DNA of 63,454 bases, counting the filler, from Phoronis australis (Eukaryota > Animalia > Phoronida): NCBI GenBank assembly GCA_002633005.1. It is 7 parts of 7 records of this genome, joined end to end, with 100 filler letters (N's around TTAATTAATTAA, not from the genome) between each part and the next. Parts side by side here need not be neighbours in the genome. Positions count along the whole stretch, not along the records: positions 50,353 to 58,063 come from NMRA01001988.1; positions 58,164 to 60,566 come from NMRA01003687.1; positions 60,667 to 63,454 come from NMRA01003422.1; 4 more parts are not named here. The stretch is one strand, 5' to 3'. Positions 51,504-63,454 of this stretch are shown here, in pieces. Both the position numbers and the translations under genes were made by a program. The notes beneath the pieces were generated by a model, which saw nothing but the letters and a program-made list of their open reading frames with translations, did no database searches and had not been told where the DNA came from. Each line of letters begins with the position of its first letter. The first letter of the stretch is position 1.

Positions 51504-52612
51504 TTACATGAGAGCCAACATGTAGATTTGCACATAAGACGTGACGCAGTTTCATGAACATTTCCAATTTTATCTTCACTGAGAACGACTCGAATCGTTT
51601 AATCAAAATACATGTCTGTCACAAACTCGCCACTCTTTTAATAAAACTCCGGCCCAGATAATTACGAATTCCGATTACTAAATACAGCACACCAGTGCAA
51701 TTGTAAATTGACAGTGACTTCACTTCGGGAGGGTACTCATCTTTATTAGAAAATCCACCTATTTAGAGAGTGGGTATTACTGAAATGTAGCCTATTTGCA
51801 AGGAACTCCCATGAAAAAGGTTGCCCTTCCGTACGGTTTTGGTTACAGTAGTACTACCCTTTTGTAGGGATTACTCTACAATAACCTAACCCTCGGACTG
51901 ACGAATCTTAAACCAAGTAAGCCTAAAACAATACAAGGAGAAAAGCCATAAATACGTTAAAATGAGAACATCACTTTCAAGTAGTCAAAAATACAGACAG
52001 TAACATATTTTAACTGTATGTAGTTGGCGTGCACCCTGTGCGTTAGAGAACTTTTCGTGACCACGGTAGTGTTCCGTTGACCAAGTTTTTCAGCAAAAAA
52101 AACCAAGATCTCGCACGACCTCGCAGAAATCATGCAAATGAAAGACTAATGTTTAGTGAATATGTTCGGGTGACACTGCGCAGTTAGACTGTAGCCGCGC
52201 GTACTTTGTACTGCCTAGAAAATAAATTAGTGGGGTACGCCAGGTTTGGTGGCTGTTTTGAGATATGCATTGCGAGTAGGTTTAATGAATGTGGTTTACC
52301 TAAGAAAAGTCCGCCATTTCAGCTGTGGATTTCATTAACTTGCAAAATAGCAGTCTCCTACAGAAGTGTTGCATTGCACTCAGTCCAATGACTGTGGAAT
52401 TTGTTGCGATTTCAGGTAGCTCGCCTTGAACAAACTGGAATTGCAAAAAAATATTGAATGGCAGGTCTATTGGACCACCTCTGAGGAATCTGTAGTAAAT
52501 TTGCAATCACAATCACAATGAGTGTTCTCTCGTGTCGAGCATTGGCAGGGAAGTGGTAGTTAGCGCTTAAAAGTGTTAATTGTGCATTTCTGTCAACCTT
52601 TCCGTCAATCTG

Positions 52613-53484
52613 GGCCCGGTCTCTAATCTTTGTACTCGAAACGAACTCGAAACTATTTTTGGCAATTGCTCTACTCCTTTTGTGCGAACTTAAGATAATT
52701 GGTTATCTGACTGTGCTCGAATACATTATAGTTTATGCATAGGAGTTTCTAGTTCAAGTTTGCCCTTGAAGACCCTTATATTCGTGCTACAAACTCGAGT
52801 AAAAACTCGAAATTTCGAGTTCAAACTCGAACTTATTGCTTTAATATTGGGTTTACAAACTGTGAACTAAGGGCAATAAATTATCTACGTAAGTTATTGT
52901 GTACTCGAGCATAGAATAATAGACACTTATCTTGANNNNNNNNNNNNNNNNNNNNNNNNNNNNNNNNNNNNNNNNNNNNNNNNNNNNNNNNNNNNNNNNN
53001 NNNNNNNNNNNNNNNNNNNNNNNNNNNNNNNNNNNNNNNNNNNNNNNNNNNNNNNNNNNNNNNNNNNNNNNNNNNNNNNNNNNNNNNNNNNNNNNNNNNN
53101 NNNNNNNNNNNNNNNNNNNNNNNNTATTTTTGGCAATTTCTCTGCTCCTTTTGTGCGAACTTAAGATAATTGGTTATCAGACTGTGCTCGAATACATTAT
53201 AGTTTATGCATAGGAGTTTCTAGTTCAAGTTTGCCCTTGAAGACCCTTATATTCGTGCTACAAACTCGAGTAAAAACTCGAAATTTCGAGTTCAAACTCG
53301 AACTTATTGCTTTAATATTGGGTTTACAAACTGTGAACTAAGGGCAATAAATTATCTACGTAAGTTATTGTGTACTCGAGCATAGAATAATAGACACTTA
53401 TCTTGATTTCGTCCAAAAGTATATTAGAAAATGCCAAACCTAATTTCGAGTTCCATTTCGAGTAAAAAGATTGGAGACCGAGCC
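52613..53484. mobile_element. Non-autonomous PIF/Harbinger-type element spanning a sequence gap
   Basis: TIRs ggcccggtctctaatcttt..actcgaaa / tttcgagt..aaagattggagaccgagcc with a CTG duplication at 52610-52612 and 53485-53487. Diverged family members at about 245-610 and 6245-6620. Confidence 0.75.
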
Positions 53485-56400
53485 CTGGTGTCCTTTTTAG
53501 TGGCAGTGAAAGGGTCAAAATATGAGTCAGGAGAAAGTTTCTATGGTCGTATGAAGCGTTTCCGAAGTAAAATGGCTCCAGTGATGTTTACGCAGCCACG
53601 CAAAACCTATTGAAAGCTGCACAGTGCCACCTACAGGTGGGGATGTTGAATTATGGGATAGAATTGTTTTTCTCCTTAACTGAAAGCTAGTGTATTGCTC
53701 CTATGGAACCATTGCTTGCGGAAAGTGGTCGTGAAAAGTTACCTTTCTGAGCGGCACGTCTCGTATACTTCCTTAATGGAAGTGCCCCCCGAGCTTCACT
53801 TGGTGAAATTTGTTCATCTCCTGAGTATTGAGACCCGCTGTCAGTTACTGATTCACTGATTAGTTTCAAAACAGATACCTATAATTACGTGCCTGACACA
53901 CGACTCGGCGTGCCAGGCGCCCTGACCAGATGCCTACACAGTTTCCTCGTTGGCAGCATTTATGAAACCTTTTGTGTTCATTCCTAGTCAGACTTGTTTG
54001 AGGTAAGCAGTTGATATAAAACGTGGATCTTACGCAAAGGAGGCATGCAAGAATATCTAGTGTCATCGTCCTGTGAGCACGTGCGAGGGTCACGTGAAGT
54101 TACTTCGAAACAGTTACGCCAAAATTGTGTCAAGCTCATGCTCACGATTAGAGTAAAAGACATTTCCAGTTAGTCAGAAATCAATTGACTGTATCAAATG
54201 GACAGTCACAAAAAGTCAGTCAATTGACTTATCGATTTACACCTTTGATAACACGTCATACCATGTCACTACCTCTTTCATGCTAATAAAACATCGATAA
54301 AGACTTTTTCTCGTTTAGCTAAATCATTCGTGACGATTATCCCTATTCATGAAATGTTGGTTTCGATATGGTTGGAGGCATGTATTGCATTGCAGCAAAG
54401 GTACTACATGAGAAGCGGTTTTGCAAACTGAAACAAGGTCGAGGCTTGAGGCAAATTAAAAAAAAACGAAACAAATGAAGCAGGCGGAGGGGGGCGTGAT
54501 AAGCATGTGTTTTGACCGTTCTATTCCCTGCATTAAGTAGCAGCCGGAAGGCATTAACGTCTTCCTGGTAGTACGTGGAAATGAAGATTTCAATCTTCAT
54601 TTCTCAATTCCCTAAAGATACGCTACGAGCGGATTTCACCTTTGAAATAGCATCAAATACTGCAACATCTGTTATATTGCATTTTTCAGTCAACAGATAA
54701 GAGCTTCTGAGAGTCATCTCTGCAATGTAAGTTGTCCCCGACAGTTAAACTAGGATTTCGGTAATCCACTGTGACTATTCTTCATCCCCGTCTATTCTGC
54801 GACCACCCAGAGTATAAGCACAGTCATCGGACCCGAACTCTAGACTATGTTCAATTGTCTCATAGCTATTGATTCATCTATAGTGTATTGTACCCATTGA
54901 TCTACAGAGACAAGACAAGTAATGTAATAAACGGAATATAAAGCTGGCGTGAGATTCCAAAAGGATAACGTCAGTACACCAACACAGTTCAATGTGTTGC
55001 GGGTGATTGGCGTTGAAGTGAAGTGTTCATTCAGGACAAATACCGGCTCTCTGAAAGGGACTACGACATCTAGAAAAATCGTCCAGCGTTTTTTTCGTTT
55101 TATGCGCTGTAGTTGTTCAAGTTTGGCGTCTCGGTACAAGGTGTCCCAATATAAAGGGGGTCACTGTTGATCAAAACTAGAAAACATTAATTACTGATTT
55201 TAGTTTTTGTCATCATATTTTGAGATGTTGTGGTTAGCAATGGATGTACAAAGCACTAACTATTTACACCTTAATCCAAGTCAACTTTGTGATCTATCGA
55301 ACACCAATCCGATAATTTATCATTTCCTTCCCCTGTTCAATCTATAAGTTCACCAGTATAGTCTACTTACTAGTAAGCCCTGAAAATATGGCGGCCTTCT
55401 TTCTACAGAGGTAGTTTGACTGACAGTGTTTTCCCAGGAATTCAATTTCACACAGTCGGTTGTTATAGCACAAATTGTCCTGTTTCTTTCAAGGACTTCA
55501 CTGTGTAAGAAGTAATAAGGTGTTCACAAATCATTTTTGTCATTCAGCTTCGAAAATAATTCTCAATAAATGGAGCGTCCTTAGCGCCACCTTGTGGCAA
55601 GTCATTGGATACGCCGGTAGATAGGACGGTTTTGACGCCTGGGATTAACTCGCAATGCTCTAGCCAAAGATGTCAGAATCACCTCCCGTTGACGTTTGAC
55701 CAATAAGATAGTGTGCTTTGGTCACGTGATATTATGTACGATACAATGTGAGTTGACTCCGACACGACCTAGTTAAATTTATTATATTCATGTTAATATT
55801 GACCAATAAGAGACCAGTTGATACAGCTAAATTTACGATGAATTTCGGTCTTTTTCATGTGCCGTGCGTCATTGGTTCCCTCAACTGACAGTTGTAATGT
55901 TAACAACTTTTGACTCTGCACAAACTGGCACGTGCTTCCGAACTCGTCAAGTCGCCCTACTGAATCGTCACGAGGCGATCCAAAGGGTATCAGTTCCATA
56001 CAGGCAAAGACTCCTTGATAACACGCAGGTGGGAGCAAAGATTGCTAATGACCACTATCACTTTCCATTGTCTACTGTGAGTGGAAAATAACTTAAAGCG
56101 ATGAACAAATTTCATGGATTAAAAGTTTATGCACACTACCTAACTTCAAACTCATCACATTGCAGTGTTTACTCTGTTACAAGACGGGCACGTGGTTATT
56201 TAATAAGAGTTGTGTGTTTCCTCTGCAGATCTGACGGGAAATCGAGTACGAACTACTAAGCAATGTATATAAAATGTGCCTCAAACACCATGATGTTAAT
56301 TTTTAAGCAGAAAGGCAGACCAAGCACTAGTGCGCTAGCATGTTGTCTTGGCCTTGATGACTCTCATTTCTGGGCTGATTCTGCAACGGCTGTGACTGAC

Positions 56401-58989
56401 GCCACCAACGACTGATAAAAAGTGTTCTCGCATTTTCCAGTACCACGTACAACTTTTCTTATAAATCTGCCCGTCTGTATGTATGCCTGTATTTCCGTCT
56501 GGAATTTTTACATGAGAATTGCATGATACATTACAAGTACACCTATATTAACACAACCGCGACTGCAGGCACTAATTGGAGATTTTGATAGTAGGCGTTT
56601 TTATGTTATTTTCAATAACGTCAGTCCTAACCATCAGATGTCACTTGAAGTGAGTCACACAAGGGACAAATGGGGGCTAAAGTGCTTAATGTAGGCAAGT
56701 CGCGATGATGGCGAACTATTCCATACAGGTAATCCATTGTACTGTTGAACCCTTATAAACACACTCCGTATACGGCGTCGTAAACGGCTGTCGTATACAA
56801 CTAATCGGAGTGTGTAGACAGTGCTTCACAAAATGTAATGTTAGCGCCCCCCCCCCCAACCTCTCAATCCTTTACTTTTTTCTGGTTTATTTAGTGCGAA
56901 CGTTGTCCCTCACCTTCATAAATGTGTCTCCACCTTCCTAAAGATATATGACTTAGAAATGAGAGCTGAAAGCGATGACACGAGACACTCTCCATTGAGA
57001 GCGTTACCGTTGTTACTATTATAGATATGATGCAAGTGTTTTTGAGTTATCACTAAATTTGAAGTATCGTGTACATATAGTCTGATTATAATGAAATGAA
57101 GTGCTTATGGTGGTAGAATGGTGAATATTAAAAAAAAAAGATTCGCATACCACAAACGTGACGTAATTGACAGTGACACCTGTCGATATCGCCAAAATTT
57201 ACCACTCATACCGATCGACAGTTCCCAAGACATCGACATTTCTATGAAATACCTTGAGTTTGAATTTATGGTATTTCTTGCCGTCATTGTGTTTTATAAC
57301 TCCACCAACCACGATATTTAAAAATATTGTGTAAATCCCCCCAAAAGTTGGAAAATATGATTACATGGAATGTGCGTAAATTTATTCTGGGGCCCAAGCC
57401 TTTAAATAGTGTATTTCAAATCATAATTCTTTCACAAAATCTTTCATCCTAACAGGGAGAATACAATACATCTTATCAGTGGATAATACTTTTGCAACGA
57501 TGGGAAAAGGAGATGGTGCATCATAATTTGAAAGTAGAACCCAACCACCATAAATTCGGAAACGATTTTGAGTACCTGATGACTTCGATGTTCTTCTTGA
57601 TAACGGAAATAGAAACCTAACACGGCAAGGAATATGAGGCCGATTTTATGAGAGTAAAAACCCTAACTCGATTTTCGTTTATTAGCTAGCTTAACACGGA
57701 GAAACGCAGCTTCAACCAGTAACGACGCATGATTCGATTATAAATTGGAAAGTTAACTCAACGCGTGCCACGAGTTTCAAGAAGAGAGATTATACTCCGG
57801 GCCCAGAAATACACGTGTCATGAATAGACTGACAATGTTTTGTTATGAAATCCACATGGAGCGAGTAATGTTTTTCTTATGTAACGACTCAAAAACTAAA
57901 CTCATCATTCTCCCCATGTAATAAGGTTGTGTTAGAATTCCCATGCAAGAAAGAAGGTGTTGATTTTGTCTCGATTGTGCTCCTCAGGAAACCCGTTTCC
58001 ATTAGTGCATCGTTTGAAGAGGTGTAAAACGGGAACAGTGTGATTTGTTGTTAGAGTACACTGNNNNNNNNNNNNNNNNNNNNNNNNNNNNNNNNNNNNN
58101 NNNNNNNTTAATTAATTAANNNNNNNNNNNNNNNNNNNNNNNNNNNNNNNNNNNNNNNNNNNNAAACTGACGTGATAGATTTCCATTTCAACGTGTAATA
58201 GATTTCCAGAAGACATATGATAGGGAGTAAACAAATAGTGTAATGCAATGGATATTTATCACTCACGTACCCTTTGCCATTGGGATTGGATTGTAATCTT
58301 AACTCAACCTGTATCGAGTTGACAGCATAAACATTCAGCATTGATTGATGTAACTGTCACTGATAAACTTTTATAAATCATTCCAAACAATAATAATGCT
58401 TTGATGTACGAAAAGATCCCGATTGCTACGTCAAGTATCGTATCACATTTCACAACATACAAAGATTAACCAGACTCTGGCTGGCGACTGACTGCCGCGA
58501 AGTCGACATCGGCGAGTGCCTCAGTTAACAGGCATCGGTAGAATAATCATGGAATAATCGTTAAAATAATCTCAAACCTTACCTTTGTATGAGGTCGTGC
58601 TTACTTCCTCTCATAGAAGCACCCTTTTTACGGAATCTCAGATTCAGTTGGCACGGCTGCAAGCCATTTCACCATGTATTTAAAGGGCTCGCGAAATCGA
58701 GGCTGTTAATCTATCACCACTAGTACACTCACGCCCTCTAGTTATTGCGGATTTTCCGAATAGCCCCATTAAAAGGTACATGATATTTCGAAACATACTT
58801 GTTTCTTTCTCAAGTTAATATAAAATGACGCAGTAATGGCACCACAGAGCATAAGCGGGAGACATACACAGTGGGACACGGCGGGGGTGAAATACTGCAA
58901 AGAATGATTTAGGAAGGGGGGCAACAGAAAAGTCACGCCAACAAGTGTAACATGCGGTGCGACCCTGTTTGCTGCTCATTCAAAACAGG

Positions 58990-59939
58990 CTTCTCAAATG
59001 CAATCAAAAGGCAATCTAATACTTTCAATCGCATCACATCGTGCTATACGTACCGAATTGACGTGTTTTCCACGATTTCTTGAGGGGTGATTTTGTGTTC
59101 GTGACATTGCAGAAAATGATCTTGAATGGCGCCATTTTGAAAATGCATAGATAACCGACGGGAAAGACTGCAAACCGTTTGACCAATGTTAGTAACATTG
59201 TTTGACATTTGAACGTCGGTTATCTATGCTTGAGATCTCGAATGGTCCTGGGGTTGTCCTTGTAAACCTTGTCCTTCAGATATCCCCATAAGTAAAATTC
59301 TGGGGGTTCAGATCAGGGGAATGAGGCGCCCATTCTGGATTAAGCTTACGGCTGTTGAGACGACCAGGGAACTTGCTGTCCAGCCACTCCAGACTGACAT
59401 TGGCTGTATGAGGGGTGGCCCCATCCTGATGGGGCCACTGTATATTCCTCTTCACCCTGTTTGCACCTCTTCTCCTATTTCTGACACCTAAATCTTCCCA
59501 AAACATGTGGAGGACCTCCAGGTAGAGTTCCTTGGTTAACGGAAAGATTTCTTGGGACTACATCCCACTGACTCTTGTACTCTGGCAATGTTTTCTGGAG
59601 ATCTTACAGTGAGTTTTCTGCCAACTCTGCTACGAGACGTCTCCCTCATACCATTTATTGTCCCTGCAGTCTCAAACTTCTTTACCCAGCGATAGATCTG
59701 TGGGTTATTTGTTATGATCATATTTTTGGGGAAAATGAGCGATTGCATATTTGAAGGATGTTTTCTCAGATTTTTTAACCACACAGAAAATTTTCTGCTC
59801 TTTGGTGAATGGCATTTTTGATGGGTGGCTGGGTTTCTTAACTTCTCAGTTACTTAAATCTGACACAGAAAGTCAAAATGTTAAAATATAAAAAAGTTCG
59901 AAGCATTTTAGTCGGTATCATAAATTTGTGGACACTGTA
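58990..59939 (-). mobile_element. Tc1/mariner-superfamily transposon relic (frameshifted transposase)
   Basis: MPFTKEQKIFCV start near 59815, HTH-like IYRWVKKFETAG, VRSPENIARV, then HQDGATPH...WAPHSPDLNP. One tacagtgtcc-type terminus at 59939. Confidence 0.85.
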
Positions 59940-62789
59940 TATAAAGTACTGTCATAAAATTAATACTGTATTAACCTCTTTTAAATTAGGTCCAAAATAC
60001 GCATTTGAAATTCTTTTCTTTTCTAAGTCTTAAACTTTGGACCACAGCGTCTGTGAAAGTTAACAATAATAATTTCGCATAGGCTATAACGATTTCGGTC
60101 GTAAAACACGAGCGAATTCTCGTTCGTAATTACGAGCGACACTTTCACTCGAAGGTCTACGATAGCCACCATGACTCTCCTCGTTGGGGCATCCACCAAG
60201 TCTTGTTATTCTGGTCTTGTTAACACAGACTCAATGAAACTATTAAAGAGGCATTGAACGCGAAAGGTCGTCAAAAATATCTTTTAAACAATTCCCGAAG
60301 AAAGTACCATATCGAAATGTGTAGTACAGGGTAATTCACTTTCCCCTGTGAGGAAATTCACGATTTTTGAAATACGTGCGAAGGAAAAACTGTGGTTACC
60401 ACAGAAATTCTAATCTCGACTCCACTTATAATAAATGCGCTTATGCGCTCAGTCAATGGGGCTATTCGAAGAATTCTCCTCGCGGTGTCGCTACTGTACT
60501 AGTGGTGATTGAATTGCGCATGCGTGGCTGTCTGCATGTAAACAACTGGTAAAAGATGGAATTTTTNNNNNNNNNNNNNNNNNNNNNNNNNNNNNNNNNN
60601 NNNNNNNNNNTTAATTAATTAANNNNNNNNNNNNNNNNNNNNNNNNNNNNNNNNNNNNNNNNNNNNCGGGGAGCGAAACTGGCCAATAACTCAACAGGTG
60701 ACGGTGCCGAGAACAGCATCATTCCACTAATAGTCAGCACTACACTGCAGTAAACTTGTATTATTAACTTTTGTGAGCCGAGATCGCAGACGAATTATAC
60801 ACATTAAGCACAGTTCTGTAGCCGAGAGGCATTAACCCAATGAGCTATATACAAAATAAGCTTGATTCACCTTATTGCCTTCACCCACGGTACAGCCTCA
60901 GTGACGTCAGATGCGCGTTAGCCAATAGGAATTAACATTGGAAAAACGCTTTTTTACAAAAATGTGAAAGAGTAACAAACACGTGATTTCTCATATAGAC
61001 TTTATTCGTCAATTAAATTACATTAAAAATGCATGTTATTGTACTTCAGGAACCTTTTAAAGTAACCATGCATTCGTCATATCAATGTGCTAGGACCTTC
61101 TTTCTTTTCATTAACCTCTGGTCAAATAAAAGTTGTATATGCTAAGTAAAAAATAGTGTCCTTACACTAATTTAAGTTGTAACTGGGGCCAGGGCTTTAT
61201 CCAAGATTACGAAAATAGGGTGTCCAAAATGGGGTTCCCAATATTCCAGGGCGTCCATGACTCCAATGATGCATCACCCCCACTCCCACCATCGGTCACC
61301 AGTAACCACTCCCCCCCTCACACAGAGAGCTTTTACAAAAAGTGCGTTGAACAAGGCTTTCATATGTAAGTTTACAAAAACAGCTCTCTTGTAGTGATCT
61401 TTTTACTAAAAAAACTGTGTGGATCAAGACTTTTATGTCTAAATTTACGAAAATAGCTAACCAAACAGGTATTACAGATATTACTGATTTTGGTTGAACA
61501 ATGAGTGCAAATTGCCGTTATAAAGTTTGTCATATCATCTTAACTAGCTTTATGTCATCAAAGCTGCAGTTACCAAGGAAAAAAAATGCACAGATGATGC
61601 TAAGATGTTTATGGCAGAGACACAAGGCAACCAAACAGGTGTTTATGATTGACAGGTCTACTAAATACTTTGAAAATAGTTTGAACATTGTAACATTTTA
61701 CATACATTTTATATACATTGTATATTTATTTCCAAGTGGGAAGGCCCAACTTCTCTTTCATTAACTGGAGTCCTAGTGATCTTACAATGTGGGTGTCCAA
61801 AGGAGAAATTCTGATTGACAGGGCGTCCAAATGATACATTGGGTGTCATTGCCAGATTAGTGCTAGGACGTAAGCTGCATGATGGCAGACCTCAGACAAA
61901 AAATTTAATAAGGGTGTCTACAGTCAGAAGTTTGGAAACAACAGGTGTAGGGACATGTATTAACATAAATTAATACAACAATAGATGTTTAGTAGTGAGA
62001 AATGTGTTTGTACAAGAAGTATCGTACAACTTTTCTTTGTTACAACAGGCAGAGAACTAAGCAAAAATGTTGTTTCTTTGATTGTTTTTTTACTTATAAA
62101 CAGCTTCAAATGGCAAGTCGAGTGTTTCTTGACTCCCAGATTATGCATGCACACCCGCCGGTTGTTAGCTCTACATGGAGATTTATGACAAGGTGACGAG
62201 CATAGCTACCCGGGCTATGTGATATTTCGGGGTCTAACGGAGCTCAACACACAGTGGTACCTACTAGTAGCTGTATTTTGACGGTACATACACCTAGCTA
62301 GCTGGTACATTGTTTTGAAAGTAGTACGCTTGCGACACGCAAACGCCCCATTTCCTAAAATTTTGTGACATCTCTCAGGAGATGACAGCTTCACAGCACC
62401 AAAATTTGTTCTGAAATTCGGTTTGTTGGTATTAAAATACTAAAAACTTCTATTGGAATGAAACCAGTTCCTATAATATCGTGAAGAACAGTTGTTGAAG
62501 AATCAGGGAAAAAGAAACTGGACTTTATCTGCAGAACAATGGTAGAATGCCAACCTTTCCAACACCGGTAAACAATTAAGTTTACTCAAGAAAAAGTGTA
62601 GTTTTTAATCAATTTTTTGTCACGTCTTTGCCTTTGGCCAGTTTTTCTACCAAGTAGGCGCAAAGCTGTACATTCAGTACACAGCTTTGCACCAAACCCA
62701 GCTGGCTGGCTTAACAAGTCACCTGGTTATCTTAAACACGTAACCCGTCTGAAAACAAGTATAACAAGTATGGTTTACCTGCTTACCTG

Positions 62790-63061
62790 TTTACACACCC
62801 CACACGGAATGTTTAAAAAATGGCGGCAACACGGGTGTAAAAAATGTTAACGAGACAACTAAATTATTGTTTTTTACTTATTATCACTTTTACTTTGATT
62901 TAAAAGTTTTAAAAAAAATTTAAAGTTTAAATATTGGCCTATTTTTACCTTAAATATTAATTTTGCAATTTATGAATCCTTTACCCCAACATTATCTTGT
63001 GTTTGGTTTCTCGATTTAGAGGCCACTTCCGGGTTCGATTCAAAGTAAGCTTGCACTGAAC
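62790..63061. promoter_or_regulatory. Probable bidirectional promoter
   Basis: A minus-strand exon ends in cag|gtaagc near 62790 and carries a YY1-like aaaatggcgg motif. An ETS-like cacttccggg motif near 63025 lies just before the plus-strand ATG. Confidence 0.45.
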
Positions 63062-63190
63062 ATGGGACAGGGAGAAAGCAGCGATAGCTTGTCGGTCTCT
63101 CCATTCTCAAGCAAAGAAAAAGAAAATGTCAAAGAATTGTTCAAGAAGATTGCTGTGGGGAATACCACTTTTAATGAGGAAAATCTGAAG
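63062..63190 (+). CDS. MEAK7: First coding exon of a probable MEAK7/TLDC1-like N-myristoylated protein
   Basis: MGQGESSDSLSVSPFSSKEKENVKELFKKIAVGNTTFNEENLK then aag|gttgtt. MGxxxS myristoylation motif and an F..EE...I..LF..L....F....L pattern recalled from MEAK7. Confidence 0.55.
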
Positions 63191-63454
63191 GTTGTTCTTA
63201 CATGTAATGTAACGTCCTCAACCACCTAGTATCTAACTGCTCTAGGTAGCCTTGGTGTTGTGTCACGTGACTTTCAGTTTGACGAACACTTAAATTATTA
63301 AAGGCACTCTAAATCGCTTGACAACAGGCAATTGCCTCTTGGCATATTGGTTTGGACGTTTGTCTTATATGATGGCTGCCAAGGTTTGATATTTTCAACG
63401 ATAGACAATGACCACCATCTCTACTGGCACCGCCAGCAGAGATGGTGGAGCTCC

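Noticed and set aside
52652-53405. About 280-bp direct repeat flanking the N gap
   Set aside because: Near-identical sequence on both sides of a scaffold gap is typical of unmerged overlapping contig ends.
54840-57321. Short ORFs (54949..55170, 54840..55139, 55864..56091, 57118..57321) as further peptide genes
   Set aside because: No signal peptide, coherent Cys framework or consistent splice chain found.
63025-63045. ggttcgattc B-box as a tRNA gene
   Set aside because: No A-box or cloverleaf upstream; it lies in a promoter-like region.

Overview
Draft animal (invertebrate-like) genomic DNA, roughly 40% GC by eye, not prokaryotic. Seven unrelated contigs are concatenated with artificial 100-bp N44-TTAATTAATTAA-N44 linkers, so adjacency across linkers means nothing. 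Most track ORFs are noise, and the real genes are spliced. Housekeeping genes: MRPL49 (three 3' exons), an SNX7/SNX30-type sorting nexin (six 3' exons) and a probable MEAK7/TLDC1 first coding exon. The best novelty candidates are secreted-peptide genes that only appear after manual splicing. The first is a complete 3-exon, 222-aa precursor: signal peptide, very acidic pro-region, KKR site, cationic cystine-knot-like domain, antistasin-like domain and a G-K amidation signal. The second is a divergent insulin-like exon with non-canonical Cys spacing. The third is an orphan signal-peptide exon. Mobile DNA includes an internally deleted Kolobok (THAP/transposase plus convergent KolX-like relic), BEL/Pao retrotransposon copies, a gag-only LTR element with an HhH-like N-terminus, a LINE ORF1 behind a 283-bp fold-back, a Harbinger-type element, a mariner relic and MITEs. 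Several duplications and one complemented-but-not-reversed segment look like assembly artefacts. All family assignments come from motif recognition by eye; no searches were run.
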